Assembly (NCBI RefSeq): GCF_001194135.2
Contig: NC_068981.1
Location: 120,364,108-120,428,107 of the forward strand
Source: Octopus bimaculoides
Lineage: Eukaryota
Direction of reading: 5' to 3'
DNA length: 64,000 nucleotides
Below the pieces are notes generated by a model, which was given only the letters and a program-made list of their open reading frames with translations, had not been told where the DNA came from and did not search any database. The position numbers and the translations under genes were made by a program. How positions within the stretch are numbered: the stretch's first letter is position 1; each line of letters starts with the position of its first letter. Shown one piece after another: positions 51,501 through 62,770 of the stretch.

Positions 51501-52530
51501 ATAATAAGTCTGTGCAAGCTATGTTAGCTGAAGAAAGAACAATAAACTGATGGTAGACAGCCTCCTACATCATCATCATCAATTGCATTGTTGAGGTAAA
51601 TTTTCTACAGCTGGATACTCTTCCTGTTGTCAACCCTCACATGTTATTAAGTAAGGTAATATTTCCTATGACTAAGCGTGTCTTCATGGAAGTTTGGAAG
51701 TGAAGGACACCACTTTCATGACTGACACTTGTTTACAACTATCATATGCAGTCAAGGCAAGGAGACAGTAACACATGCACACACAGACATATAAATACAC
51801 TATCATCATCATCATCATCATTTAATGTCTGATGTCCATGCTGGCATTCGTTGGATGGTTTGACCAGAGGTGGAAAATTGGGGAGCTGCACCAGACTCCG
51901 CTCTGATTTGGAATGGATACCCTTCCTAATACCAATCACTTGACAAAGTGTGCTGGGTGATTTTATGTGGCATGGCATGGGAACTTTCATGTGGCCATGC
52001 ACAGGCACTTTTACATGAGACTGCACAGGTGCTTTTATGTGGCACTGCTATGAATGCTTTATACCACCCACAGGATCGGTCTTAACACTTCTGCTGTGGA
52101 GTACAGGTCTTCTTGAGTACGGCAAGGCACCAGGTATCTCAGTTCTTTGTCATCTTGCCTGAAAGGTTCAGCATCCTAAGTGTGTGTGTGTGTATACATA
52201 CTTATATAAATAGCATTCCTGAAATATCTGGTGGGGATCCTTAGAAGTAGATAACTTCCATTACCTAAGTGACCAAGTTAGCAGTGGAGGAGGATGCTTT
52301 GAAAGTATAGTTACTAGAATAAGAATGGGCTGTGCAAAGTTCAGAGAGCTAATCCTTTTACTGCTCTGTAAAGTGTCTGGCATTAGGAAAGGCACCCAGC
52401 CATAGAAACCATGCCAAAGCAGACAAATGGAGATTGATGTAGCTCTCTTACCTGGCTTACCAGTTCCTCTCAAACCATCCAATTCATACTAGCATGGAAA
52501 ATGCACATTAAATAATGATGATAATGATGA

Positions 52531-52568
<38 letters not shown>

Positions 52569-52802
52569 TCCTACTCCTTTACTTGTTTCAGTCATTTTGA
52601 CTGTGGCCATATTGGAGCACCGCCTTAAAAGGTTTTAGTCGAAGAAGTCGATCTCGGGACTTATTCTTTGTAAGTCTAGTACTTATTCTATCGGTATCTT
52701 TTGCCAAACTGCTAAGTTATGGGGACATAAACACACCAGTGTCAGTTGTCAAGGCAATGGTGGGGGGACAAATANNNNNNNNNNTAATGATGATAATGAT
52801 GA

Positions 52803-52842
<40 letters not shown>

Positions 52843-55800
52843 GAAAAACAAGAACGAAAATGCTCCTTTCTTAAAATTGGGTACATTTTAATTTTCCTTT
52901 TACATGTTTCGGTTTTTGAAAATCCTTATCAAAAATATGTACTAAAATGGAATATGTAAAGAAAAAAGAACTATTAAAAAAAATTGAATTAAAATTAAGA
53001 TTAACATTCATAGTTTACTTTTCTTTTTCCTGCAAGAACATGTGATAATATCCTTATGTTCTGGTAGCATGACAAGAAAACAAGTCTTGACCTTACTATT
53101 CAATTTACAAAAACAGATAGTAGTAATTTGCGGTCACAGTCAGTTGAAAATAAAAGAACAAATTAAAAAAATATGCAAAAACAATTTCAAAGATACCTGT
53201 GTGAAATATGTTCGAGATGAGTTGCATCCCAACAGTTTTGTCTCGACAGTTTTCTGTACACTTTCAATGATACTGTCTTCATTGAGAAAATGGACTTCAT
53301 GTTTGGTTGGGTGAACATTAACATCAACATTCTGAGGTGCTATCTCTAAACTGATGTACATAAATGGGTGAGAATTCTTGGGTAAATAGGCTTCGTATAC
53401 AACCTCTAGAGCCTTCTTCAAGGCAGAAGAATCAACAAGTCGATCTGTAAGAGAACCAGAAGATCAATCACTTTTGATCTGACTGTAGTAGCTGTTTATT
53501 ATCAATTTATTATTTGATCATAAACAAATGACTACAACAATTACCATTTTATTCTTTTAGACAGCGAATAATGTTTAAAGAGCTGTGATGACACACAATT
53601 AAAAAAATATAGGCTTTGTGCTGAAGAAGTTTGCTTCCCAACCATATGGCTCTGAGTTCAGTCCCACAGAGTGGCACCTAAGGGTAAGTGTCTTCTATCT
53701 ATAGTCCCAGGTCAAATAAAGCCTTGTGAATGAATTTGGTAGACAGAAACTGAAAGAAGCCTATACATATGTATGTGAGACTTTGTGTCTGTGTTGCATT
53801 TGTTCTTTACCATTGCTTGACAATCAATATTGGTTTGTTTATGTCTCTCATAGCTTTGTGGTTCAGTAAAAGAGACTGACAGAATAAGCACCTGAGTTAC
53901 AAAAATAAGTACTGGGGTTGAGTTGTTTGCCTAAATTCTTCAAGTCAATGCTCCAGTAAGGCTGCAGTCAAATGACTGAAACAAGTTAAAGATAAAAGAT
54001 ACAACAGAGGATATAAACTGAGAGTTCAGCAAGATATTCCACCTGATGAATGCACACCCAGTTTGTGTCTTCTGGGTGCTGAACTCATAATTGTCATTAT
54101 AATAATGCTGGGGTGATATAGATGGATGATATCTTTTATCTTTTACATATTTTAGCCATTGGACTGTGGCCATGCTGGGGCACTACCTTGAAGAGTTTAG
54201 TTGAACCTGGAACCATCTGGTTGAGAAGCAAACTCCTTACCACACAGCCGTGCCAGTACCACAATGAAACAATTCATCAGTATTTTCAAATGTATCATTT
54301 CATTTCTATTATGAAATGCTTGGGCAATTATTGAGCGAGAGTTTTGATGATTATGTTGAGCAGGCTGCATTTGTTTAGCCCTTGGTCAACTGTGAATGAG
54401 CAGACCTGCAATCAAAAGCATTCCAGTTGTGAACATCCCATGTTGTTAGAACTATATATGACTACATTATCTAATGTATCCTTTCTTTATTTAAGATGGT
54501 ACAGTATAATTTGTGAGATTTGACTTCTACTTTTAACAGGTCAAGGAATCATGCAGAGCAGTGGTTGTCAACCAGGGTCTACATGGCCCTTGGCGGGGGT
54601 CCATATAAGATTTTGTTATTAAAATTTATCTGCAATAAATCTGTCATACTTCTACAATACATGAAATAATTCAACTCCTTTTTAATACAATTCCTAATAA
54701 TATTTAATTATAAAAATATTATGGGACTTTTTTAACCCTTTAGTATGCCCAAACATTCTACCTGTTTTATGCTCAAACTGGCCAGATCTGGTCCTTCACA
54801 TCTACCCTACAATGTCATTTTAATAATAAATAATTCCATCATCAAAATCTTGAAGCTGAAAGATGCCTGCTTAATTCAAGACAATGTGAATAAATAAGCT
54901 TCACATTAGACAGAATAATCTGAATGCTAAAGGGTTAAACATTGAATGTATATTAGGGTCCAGTAGAGCAAGATAGAAATCAAAGGGGTGCACAGGTCAA
55001 AAATGGTTGAGAACCACTGACGTAGACACTTGCTTGGTGGACCTGTTTTCAGGAGGTTGTATAAATAACTAGATGTGCTTTCATTGGTCAGCTAGTATGA
55101 GGTTCTGCCATCTAGTTTTCAAAGGTTATAAGCAGAAAAGTGAAGGCTTGTTCATATGTACAAACCACATGGTAGAAGAATCATGTCATATGACATGGTA
55201 TGATGTGGTGTGGTTGTTGTTGCTTAGCTCCAGGTCAGCGGGAACTGAGTAAACCTATAATCAAAGATACTCCAGCCATGACTGTCCTTTTTGTTTTTCC
55301 TTTATCAGACACGGTATATCAAGGGCTTTATTATCCAATGTGTCCTACCATTTCTAATGTTGTAGGGTGTGATTTGAAATAGATTTGACTGCTTTTTGTA
55401 GCAAGTCAACTAAGTCATATAGTGACTTTCTCACTGGCTCATGGTCATTCTTATTTTAGCAATTTCACAGAGTGGTGGAGAAAGGATCAGTGGGGCCGTG
55501 ACTAAAGGTCGCACATTGGATGCTTCAGTGCCCACAAAAGCGTTCGACATACTACTTTCTTGGCCTCTTTAATGCAGCTCAGAGAGACTGTTCTCAGTAC
55601 AGCGCACCAAAATAGTTCTTTCTTTATAGATTCCGGAAGGATGAAAAATGAAGCCAATCTAGTGGGTCGGGTTAAGTCAATTAAATCAACCCAAGTGATC
55701 AACTCGGACTTATTTTACTGACTACGAAAGGATGAAAGGCAAAGTCAACCTCAGTGGAATTTGAACTCAGAATGTAAAGGCAGACGCATTCTACCTAGCA

Positions 55801-58800
55801 TGCCAACCATTTTGCCCACCCATAGCCTTATTATTATTAATAATAATAATAATAATAATAATAATGAAATCTGAAAAGAAATAGTTAGCCAAAGCCAGTA
55901 TATATGAAATACCAATAACTAATAATAACTAATCAAGTACATGATATGTTTGGTTACATGAAAGACTGATTTTTTCCCCTGTCAATATTGATTAACTTTA
56001 GCAGAAGGCCATAAATTTATAGGAACGTACAATCAACTAAACTTATTCCAATTCTTGATTATGAGAATGGAAGGTAAAATTGACATCAGCAGGATTTGTG
56101 CTCAGAATTTAAAAACAAGCATCTTATTGGATGCTCTACCGTTTCTGTTATACATCGGTAGTTCTCACTTTTACAAGCTCATTTATTCCTAACTACCCCT
56201 TGTTAATTGAGAACTTCTAAAGCAAGAGGTATTTTCCCATAAATTTGAACAGCAATGTTGAAATGCCATAAGTTCAAGATCCCTGCTATAATATAACACT
56301 TAAATCTTTATCCGTTAACTGATTTCAGTCATTGTACAGTGGCCATGCTAGGCATTATCATTTTAAAAGAATTATAAAAAAGCAGTAATCTGTGTATCAT
56401 ACATAATGCAGAAGCAATGTAGAAAGCCAAATTTATTGCAGTATTTGTCCTGATATAAAGTCTCTAATAAACATAGGGTGTTAAAGACACAAAAACATAT
56501 CAGGAGCAAATGAAAATTATTTAACACAGAATGTCTATAGGTGATTTTATCCCAGGACAAATGCCACAGTTATTTTGAGTTAATTTGGTTTTCTGTGATG
56601 TATTGAAGGCCAAGTTGTCGCATGAAGTTTGATGCCCTCCACTTTAGTTCTTTTAATGCTCAGAACTTATCTCAATTGAATTTAACAATCTTTCTCCCCT
56701 CCTTTCATGGAGATGACCTTAGGATAAATAGCTTGATACCCTCTCATCACTCTTTTTTAGTTAGTGGTGAATAAGGCTTGTATACATACCTACATACATC
56801 AACATAAATATACATACATTCACACATATATATGGAAAGAGTGAGAGAACAAGAAAAAGAAATGGAGAGACATAGAAAGCAATAATAAGATAAATATGTA
56901 GATAAGTAACGAGAGAGAGAGAGAGGGGGGGAGAGATACTTACGGTTGATGAACAAGAGGAAAATACACTTCTTGGTAGAATAATTAGCATTGGTACAGA
57001 AACCATGCATTTTAAACTTGAGCTTCTCGTCTTCATGCTGGACCTCCAATAGTTCCCTTGCAGGAATGGAACACAAACACAACAATGAATATTTTGGGAG
57101 AAAAATTAGGAACTTGGTAATATTTAATATGGAGTAGACATTTTACTTTCCTCTCTACCTGCTACCCTTGCCATGTTCCTCACAATACCCTAGCATCTGT
57201 TCAAATTTAGCTAATGATGAAGACATGAAAACCAAATTATGCATCTGCCCTTTTGTTCAAGTAGATGTGATAGCCATGTGATGGTTAAAGGTTTCCAATG
57301 GGTCAGTCATAAAGAGAGCAACAAGAGGTTATCTGTGCAACTCGGGTGGAACAAACATCACAAATGATTTTCATTAAAAAAAAACACTAGTTTATGAGAG
57401 TCCTTATCAATGTTTACATGTTTTACTACAAGATGCACACACATTTTTTTAATGTCCCCTTATCCATGCGTGCATGGGTAGGATAGAGTTTATCGCACCA
57501 GATTTTCTCCAGCTGGCTACCCTTCCTGTTGGCAACCCTTAACTGTTTCCAAGCAAAGTAACATTTCCCCATTGTAAAACATGTTTTCACAGAACACTGG
57601 AAATGAAATGAAAGACATTACAAGTATGAGTGACAATCATTTATAACAATCATGTGATGACAAGATAAGGACACACACACACACACACGTTTTCTCTCTC
57701 TTTATTACTTTGCTTACTTATTTATCTGTGCTTACCGAACAACATTTATTTATTTATGTGTTTCAGCCAAGTGGCTGCGGTCATGCTGGTGCATTGAATT
57801 ACCCACATGACATTATTATGATTTTAAAATTCGACCCAGAACAATCCAGATGGAAATATCTTTATTACCAGCTGCATAAACTCACAGGTCTTCAACCTGT
57901 AACTAGCTTGGCAAGTGCTAATGCATGAAACCCTCAGACCGTGAGTCACTCTGTTACTTCTTCTAAATATCAATAANNNNNNNNNNNNNNNNNNNNNNNN
58001 NNNNNNNNNNNNNNNNNNNNNNNNNNNNNNNNNNNNNNNNNNNNNNNNNNNNNNNNNNNNNNNNNNNNNNNNNNNNNNNNNNNNNNNNNNNNNNNNNNNN
58101 NNNNNNNNNNNNNNNNNNNNNNNNNNNNNNNNNNNNNNNNNNNNNNNNNNNNNNNNNNNNNNNNNNNNNNNNNNNNNNNNNNNNNNNNNNNNNNNNNNNN
58201 NNNNNNNNNNNNNNNNNNNNNNNNNNNNNNNNNNNNNNNNNNNNNNNNNNNNNNNNNNNNNNNNNNNNNNNNNNNNNNNNNNNNNNNNNNNNNNNNNNNN
58301 NNNNNNNNNNNNNNNNNNTGGTGTTGTGTTTAAAAAAGGCTGAGAGTTTATGTGTTAAACAGGAAGTGTGGTGTCAAAACAGGAAGTGTGTGTAAGGGAA
58401 GACAATTCTGTGGGTTTTATACTCTTTAGTTGGAGTTCTGGACTCTTTGTCAACAGGAAGTTTATGTCTGTTCTTAGAGAAACAAGAAGTAAACTTATAT
58501 GTATTTCATTGGGTAGGCGATAGAAGGGAAAATGGTCACCGAGGAGTTTGTATGTTAAGAAGCGTTTGGAATTTCTCTATAAAAAGATTCTCCTTGTTGA
58601 TTCTTTCTTGTGTAGAGATTCTGTCTTTACATTGATNNNNNNNNNNATAAAAAGATTCTCCTTGTTGATTCTTTCTTGTGTAGAGATTCTGTCTTTACAT
58701 TGATAGAAAGGGAATATAAGGAACTTAGGGTTTTTATTTCTGGCGCAAGAGTCTATGTGGCTACTGAGTGGAATTTGGCAGTGTTGTGAAAGATTTATTT

Positions 58801-59784
58801 TTTCTTTATGGACTGCTACTCTTCTACGTCTGTCCGATATAGTTGTGTTGGCAACCTGCGCATGTGAGGACATAAATGAGGTTCTCGGAGGAACAAGGGA
58901 AATTGGTCTTGATTTTAAACCTTGTTCCTTGTTTGAAGGTAAATTCAGAGCCTTCAAGTAGGTCAGGGCAGGTACTACAGTAAGGGTGTGCACATTTTTT
59001 AACTGATGGGGGTGGAAGTGGTGTGTGTAGTTTGGCATTAGTTAAGAGTTTTTTTTCAAAGATTTGTGCTGCCTTTTGCATTTAAGGACTTTGTGTGTAT
59101 TGATAATATTATTCATNNNNNNNNNNNNNNNNNNNNNNNNNNNNNNNNNNNNNNNNNNNNNNNNNNNNNNNNNNNNNNNNNNNTTCGGGTCTGTGGTGAG
59201 TAAGGGGAGGTCTTGTTTAATTGTGGTGTATGCTTCGATGTTTTTGGGGTTGTGGGTGGAGATGTATAGAAGTATTTTGGGGTTGGGTGTGTTACTGTGT
59301 TGGGTGGTTTTCAGTGTGTTTTTGTCAAGTTCCTTGGCACGTTTTATTCCAAAGTCTATGAGTGTGGAGGGATATTGGCGTTGTAATAGTGTTTTTTTGA
59401 GGTCTTGTAAGCGTATTTCTCAAGTGGTTGGGTCAGAGACAATGGTGCAAATTCTTTTAGCTAAATTGAAAGGGATATTTATCTTGGTGTGTTTTGGGTG
59501 GCATGAGCTGAATGTTGTGAATCTGTAGGTTTGTGGTAGATGTCGGTTGTGATTTGGTTATTAAGTGTTTTTATAATTAAGAGATCAATACCTCCTATTT
59601 AGCTCTACTCTATCCAGGACATTTGTGATGCCATCACACTAAAGTAATTCTCCAACTTGTTTTTGTATGCAAGCATGGTTAAGAGTGATTCTTACCTGGC
59701 TACAGAAGGTCCATAAATGGAACGGATGTTATCAGTATGGGAAGCAGTGCTTGAAGTCCTCACATCGGCTGTAGTGTCACCATG
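20633..59784 (-). CDS. MLH1: DNA mismatch repair protein MLH1, 5'-partial, 12 coding exons in window (513 aa + stop)
   Basis: Exons join in frame with GT-AG introns: 59696-59784, 56944-57056, 53197-53444, 51401-51470, 48872-49088, 45500-45591, 42308-42416, 41831-41894, 39583-39747, 33985-34077, 31009-31101, 20633-20821 (sum 1542 nt). Translation shows MLH1 motifs [41 protein letters not shown] and terminal DLYKVFERC*. Confidence 0.97.
22100..23175. mobile_element. Two older RTE 3' fragments arranged head-to-head around a hairpin (22537-22624)
   Basis: Minus fragment 22100-22580 and plus fragment ~22590-23175 both encode degenerate RT C-terminal sequence; both end in gat/cat tails. Confidence 0.6.
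24700..25400 (+). mobile_element. pogo/Tigger-type DDE_1 transposase remnant
   Basis: Degenerate DG.KL.L....K, W...[17 protein letters not shown]...INKPF, WIVNSW...K.CGI.NA motifs with many stops and frameshifts. Confidence 0.65.
25950..26370 (-). mobile_element. Old LINE (CR1/L2-like) RT remnant
   Basis: Weak [10 protein letters not shown]-like motif on minus strand only. Confidence 0.3.
27130..27620 (-). mobile_element. Old RTE-like LINE RT C-terminal remnant (different family)
   Basis: Degenerate [17 protein letters not shown]...NIS...HPT-K-LYG-L motifs. Confidence 0.55.
31009..31101 (-). CDS. MLH1: MLH1 exon (human exon 18 equivalent, 93 nt): [31 protein letters not shown]
   Basis: CAG acceptor, GTGAG donor; VNWD-EKECF motif. 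Confidence 0.95.
31700..33400 (-). mobile_element. Old RTE LINE remnant (RT core to Cys-rich insert) inside an MLH1 intron
   Basis: Degenerate FRFVSG-STT-A, FIDL-K-FD, DEW-VRA and [10 protein letters not shown] motifs. Confidence 0.6.
33985..34077 (-). CDS. MLH1: MLH1 exon (human exon 17 equivalent, 93 nt): [31 protein letters not shown]
   Basis: TAG acceptor, GTAAA donor; LP-L-DNY-PP...LP-FILR-ATE motif. Confidence 0.95.
34715..35145. repeat. Fold-back element with ~130-bp inverted arms around microsatellite-rich spacer
   Basis: tcgttaatttccgtaaa...aaagtgaaagaga...gatgtatgtatgtgtatatgaaat mirrored at ~35040-35145. Confidence 0.8.
35625..36428 (+). mobile_element. Internally deleted mariner element with both TIRs and TA flanks
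   Basis: TIR gaggaggtatcaaaaagttcccggactagtt / aactagtccgggaaccttttgatatcacct; HTH remnant ([19 protein letters not shown]) and YSSDLAP-DF. Confidence 0.85.
36461..36693. mobile_element. Tc1/mariner-type MITE
   Basis: TIR caggtttggccaaaagtcacc.gacagtaaatcaaa / tttgatttactgttgggtgacttttggccaaccct with TA flanks. Confidence 0.8.
39583..39747 (-). CDS. MLH1: MLH1 exon (human exon 16 equivalent, 165 nt): [55 protein letters not shown]
   Basis: CAG acceptor, GTAAA donor; near-identity to human EPAPLFDLAMLAL...GWTEEDG...EMLADYFS. Confidence 0.97.
41831..41894 (-). CDS. MLH1: MLH1 exon (human exon 15 equivalent, 64 nt): [21 protein letters not shown]
   Basis: CAG acceptor, GTGAG donor; LFYQ...DFxNFG motif. 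Confidence 0.95.
42308..42416 (-). CDS. MLH1: MLH1 exon (human exon 14 equivalent, 109 nt): [35 protein letters not shown]
   Basis: CAG acceptor, GTAAG donor; QHQTKLYL motif. Confidence 0.96.
45500..45591 (-). CDS. MLH1: MLH1 exon (92 nt): [30 protein letters not shown]
   Basis: TAG acceptor, GTAAA donor; RRxIxLTSVL start of C-terminal domain. Confidence 0.92.
48872..49088 (-). CDS. MLH1: MLH1 linker exon (217 nt): [31 protein letters not shown]...[10 protein letters not shown]
   Basis: TAG acceptor, GTTAGT donor; conserved [21 protein letters not shown] motif; phase 2 exit matches next exon. Confidence 0.9.
50530..51005 (-). mobile_element. Tandem pair of family C SINEs separated by a 17-bp direct repeat present three times
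   Basis: tatttg(c/t)tcagaaatat at 50530-50546, 50759-50775, 50989-51005. Confidence 0.75.
51401..51470 (-). CDS. MLH1: MLH1 linker exon (70 nt): [23 protein letters not shown]
   Basis: ttttctgcag acceptor, GTAAA donor; LLPG matches start of human exon 12 (TLLPG); phase 0 in, phase 1 out fits neighbours. Confidence 0.85.
53197..53444 (-). CDS. MLH1: MLH1 exon (human exons 10+11 as a single exon, 248 nt): [82 protein letters not shown]
   Basis: CAG acceptor, GTATC donor; MutL transducer motif [13 protein letters not shown]. Confidence 0.96.
54559..55019. mobile_element. hAT (Charlie-like) MITE containing a nested piggyBac-like MITE (54732-54938)
   Basis: TIR cagtggttgtcaacc / ggttgagaaccactg; degenerate 8-bp flanks atgcagag vs acgtagac; partial related copy at ~9938-10045. 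Confidence 0.7.
56944..57056 (-). CDS. MLH1: MLH1 exon (human exon 9 equivalent, 113 nt): [37 protein letters not shown]
   Basis: AAG acceptor, GTAAG donor; NANYS-KK-IFLLFIN motif. Confidence 0.95.
58320..59620 (-). mobile_element. Penelope-like retroelement fragment (RT C-terminus + GIY-YIG endonuclease) in an MLH1 intron
   Basis: [23 protein letters not shown]...RRRVAVHK...LSSHIDSC...ERINKE-LF GIY-YIG motifs; [22 protein letters not shown] thumb motif near 59440-59520; broken by N gaps. Confidence 0.85.
59696..59784 (-). CDS. MLH1: MLH1 exon (equivalent of human exon 8, 89 nt): [29 protein letters not shown]
   Basis: CAG acceptor, GTAAG donor; resembles human [25 protein letters not shown]; same length as recalled human exon 8. 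Confidence 0.93.
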
Positions 59785-60404
59785 CTGTGGAAAGGTATCA
59801 TGTAAAAGGTAAATGACAGAGAGAACAGATTATAAATATAAATCTGGTAGACACAACTTAAGCAGTATTTAATCAGAACAACCATCAACATACCATAATC
59901 TTTTCTACTCTAGGTTCAAGGCTCGAAATTTTTGGGGAGGGGGCCAGTTGATTAGATTGACTCCAGTGCTCAACTGGTACTTAATTTATTGACTCTAAAA
60001 GAATGAAAGGTAAAGTCGACTTCGGTGGAATTTGAGCTCAGAATGTAAAGACAGATGAATACCGCTAAGCATTTTGCCCGGCATGGTAACGTTTCTTATT
60101 TCTTTATTGCCCACAAGGGGCTAAATATAGAGGGGACAAACAAGGACAGACAAAGGGATTAAGTCGATTACATTGACCCCAGTGCATAACTGGTACTTAA
60201 TTTATCAACCCTGAAAGGATGAAAGGCAAAGTTGACCTAGGCGGAATTTGAACTCAGAACATAACAGCAGGCGAAATACTGCTTAGCATTTCGCCCGGCA
60301 TGCTAACGATTCTGCCAGTTCACTGCCTAATCAAAATGTATACACATTGTTGATAGGCTGATATGTGGAAGACTATTTTAATTAAATACCACATCAACTG
60401 AATA

Positions 60405-61201
60405 CGAGGTGATATCAAGAAGTTCCTGAACTAATTCTGTAGTGTGCCAACAGATGGCAGCATACAATTGTATGCCTAGTGAGAGCTAGCAGTAACTTTC
60501 ATGAGGCAGTGTGCCGAGTGACATCACAGTGTTTAATTCGCAAGTTGTAAAATTTGTGTTTTTGTGATCACATGTATACTGTAGTCTATGATTTTGACAG
60601 GAACATGTACAGGAACAAAGAGCTAATGTGAAATTTTGCATTAAACTTGGGAAATTTGCTACAGAGACATTGAACATGCTTCGGCAAGCTCACAGCAACA
60701 ATGCAATGGGTTGTACACAATGTTTTGAGTGGCATGAGTGCTTTAAAAGCAGAAGAATGTCCCTGGAAGACGATGAATGATCTGGAAGACGATGAATGAT
60801 CTGGAAGAACTGCCATGAGCGTCACCCCCAGAAATGTGATATTGTGTATCGAGAATTTGTCCCCAGGGTCAGACCATCAATTGAGAGTTCTACTGCAACA
60901 TTTTGAAGCATTTGAGAGAGGACATCTTGCAAAGGCGACTGGATCTGTGGAGGGCAAAGAATTGGATTCTTCGCCAAGCTCTCCTTACTCACGAGTTTCT
61001 CGCCCAAAACTACTAGTCACCAAATTTAGCACCTGTGGACTTCCATCTCTTCCCCAAAATGAAAATGCATCTCAAAGGTCACTGTTTTAACATCTCTGTT
61101 GAGATCCAGAGTGAATTGCTGAAGGTCCTTGTCTCACTTATGGAAAACGACTTCCAAGCCAGATTCCATAACTAGTCTGGGAACCTTTTGATACCACCTG
61201 A
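60405..61201 (+). mobile_element. Second copy of the deleted mariner family seen at 35625-36428
   Basis: Same TIRs (cgaggtgatatcaagaagttcc / gggaaccttttgataccacct), same internal layout, TA flanks. Confidence 0.85.
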
Positions 61202-62313
61202 TATACCAGACTTTTAATCAACAAGGCAGCTATTCACAACGTCAATGAATGTTTTGTTCACATTTTCCTATGTCAGAGACAATAAATTTTCAGCCAAACA
61301 TGTAGCTGGCTGTGAATAGATGTATTAAAAATACCTAAAAAGGCTGAAATGCATCTGGTACCCTCACTGACAGCTGCTGGGGTTAATTTTTGTCCCTCTT
61401 TGATATTTATTGTTTTTAACACAGCAAGTCCATTAGAGATGTCGTCTCAGGACAAATACAACTGGCCTATTAACAACATGTATATGTTAAGTATGACAAT
61501 TAACTATTTTACATTATATTTATTTACTACATACAATAGTGTGATAACTGTAGTCAACTGTCTGCTCTATATTGTAAAGAATAACAAGATTATATTGTAT
61601 GAAGTACATTACAAAGATTAAAACAACAACAACAACCACCGCCACTGCCGCCACCACCACCATCATCATAATTTAATGTCTGTTGTCCATGCTGGCAGTG
61701 ACTGTGTAGTAAGAAGCTTACTTTCCAACCACATGGATGCAGGTTCAGTTCCACTGCATGGTACCTTGGGCAAGTGTCTTTTAATATAGCCTCAGGCCAA
61801 CCAAAGGCTTGTAAGTGGATTTGGTAAACGGAAACTGAAAGAAGCTTGTCATATATATATATATATAGACATTTATATATATACATATATCCATATGTGT
61901 GTGTATGTCTCCAAAACTTAGCAGTTCAGCAAAAAGAAATCAATAAAATATGTATGAGGCTTTAAAAAAATAAGTACTGGGGTCAATTCATTCAACTAAA
62001 AATTCTTCAAGGCAGAGCCCCAGCATGGCTGCAGTCAAATGACTGAAACAAGTAAAATAGAAAAGATGTATATGACAAACCTAGTGTTAGGAATTGCAGT
62101 TGACATCTCTTGTTTATGATGGAATATGATAAATGATATTTAGCTAAATGGATGATAAACCTTGGGGAAAGTTCTTCAACTGTTGCCTCAGGTTGACCAA
62201 TGGGTTTTTAGTGGAATTAAGTACACAAAGACTGTGCAGAAGCCAATTGTGTGTGTGTGTGTGCTAGTGTGCATGTGCATGTATACATACACACATACAT
62301 CTATATACATATA

Positions 62314-62522
62314 TGAGGGGGTGCTGAAAAGATCATGGCCTTGGGTAAAAGAAATTACAGGAAAATCAGTTAATTATGATTTTATTTAACATACTCCCCT
62401 CTTAAATTCACACACTTATTGCAGCAGCTCTTCAATTTTTCTAAGCCCTGTAAAAGAACTTGGAAGGTTGAGCCTCCCACCAGGCCTTTGTGATACCCGG
62501 TACTTTTCAGTAACTCCTTGCG

Positions 62523-62555
<33 letters not shown>

Positions 62556-62770
62556 ATGAGAGGATGGTTAAAAGTTCCTGGCTTTGGGTAAAAGAAAATA
62601 CAAGAAGATCAGTTAATATGATTTCATTCAACATATTCCCCGCTCAGATTCACACACTTATTGCAGCAGTTCTTCAGTTCTCTAAGCATAGTAAAAGAAC
62701 TCAGAAGGTTGGGCTGCCAACCAGGCCTTTCGTGATATTGTTAAAGCTAGGAACTTTTAAGTACCCCCTT
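62314..62770. mobile_element. Mariner-type MITE fragments, partially duplicated around a (TG)n tract
   Basis: gagggggtgctgaaaagatcatggccttgggtaaaag at ~62314, repeated at ~62556; inverted end ggaacttttaagtaccccctt-gta at ~62770. Confidence 0.6.
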
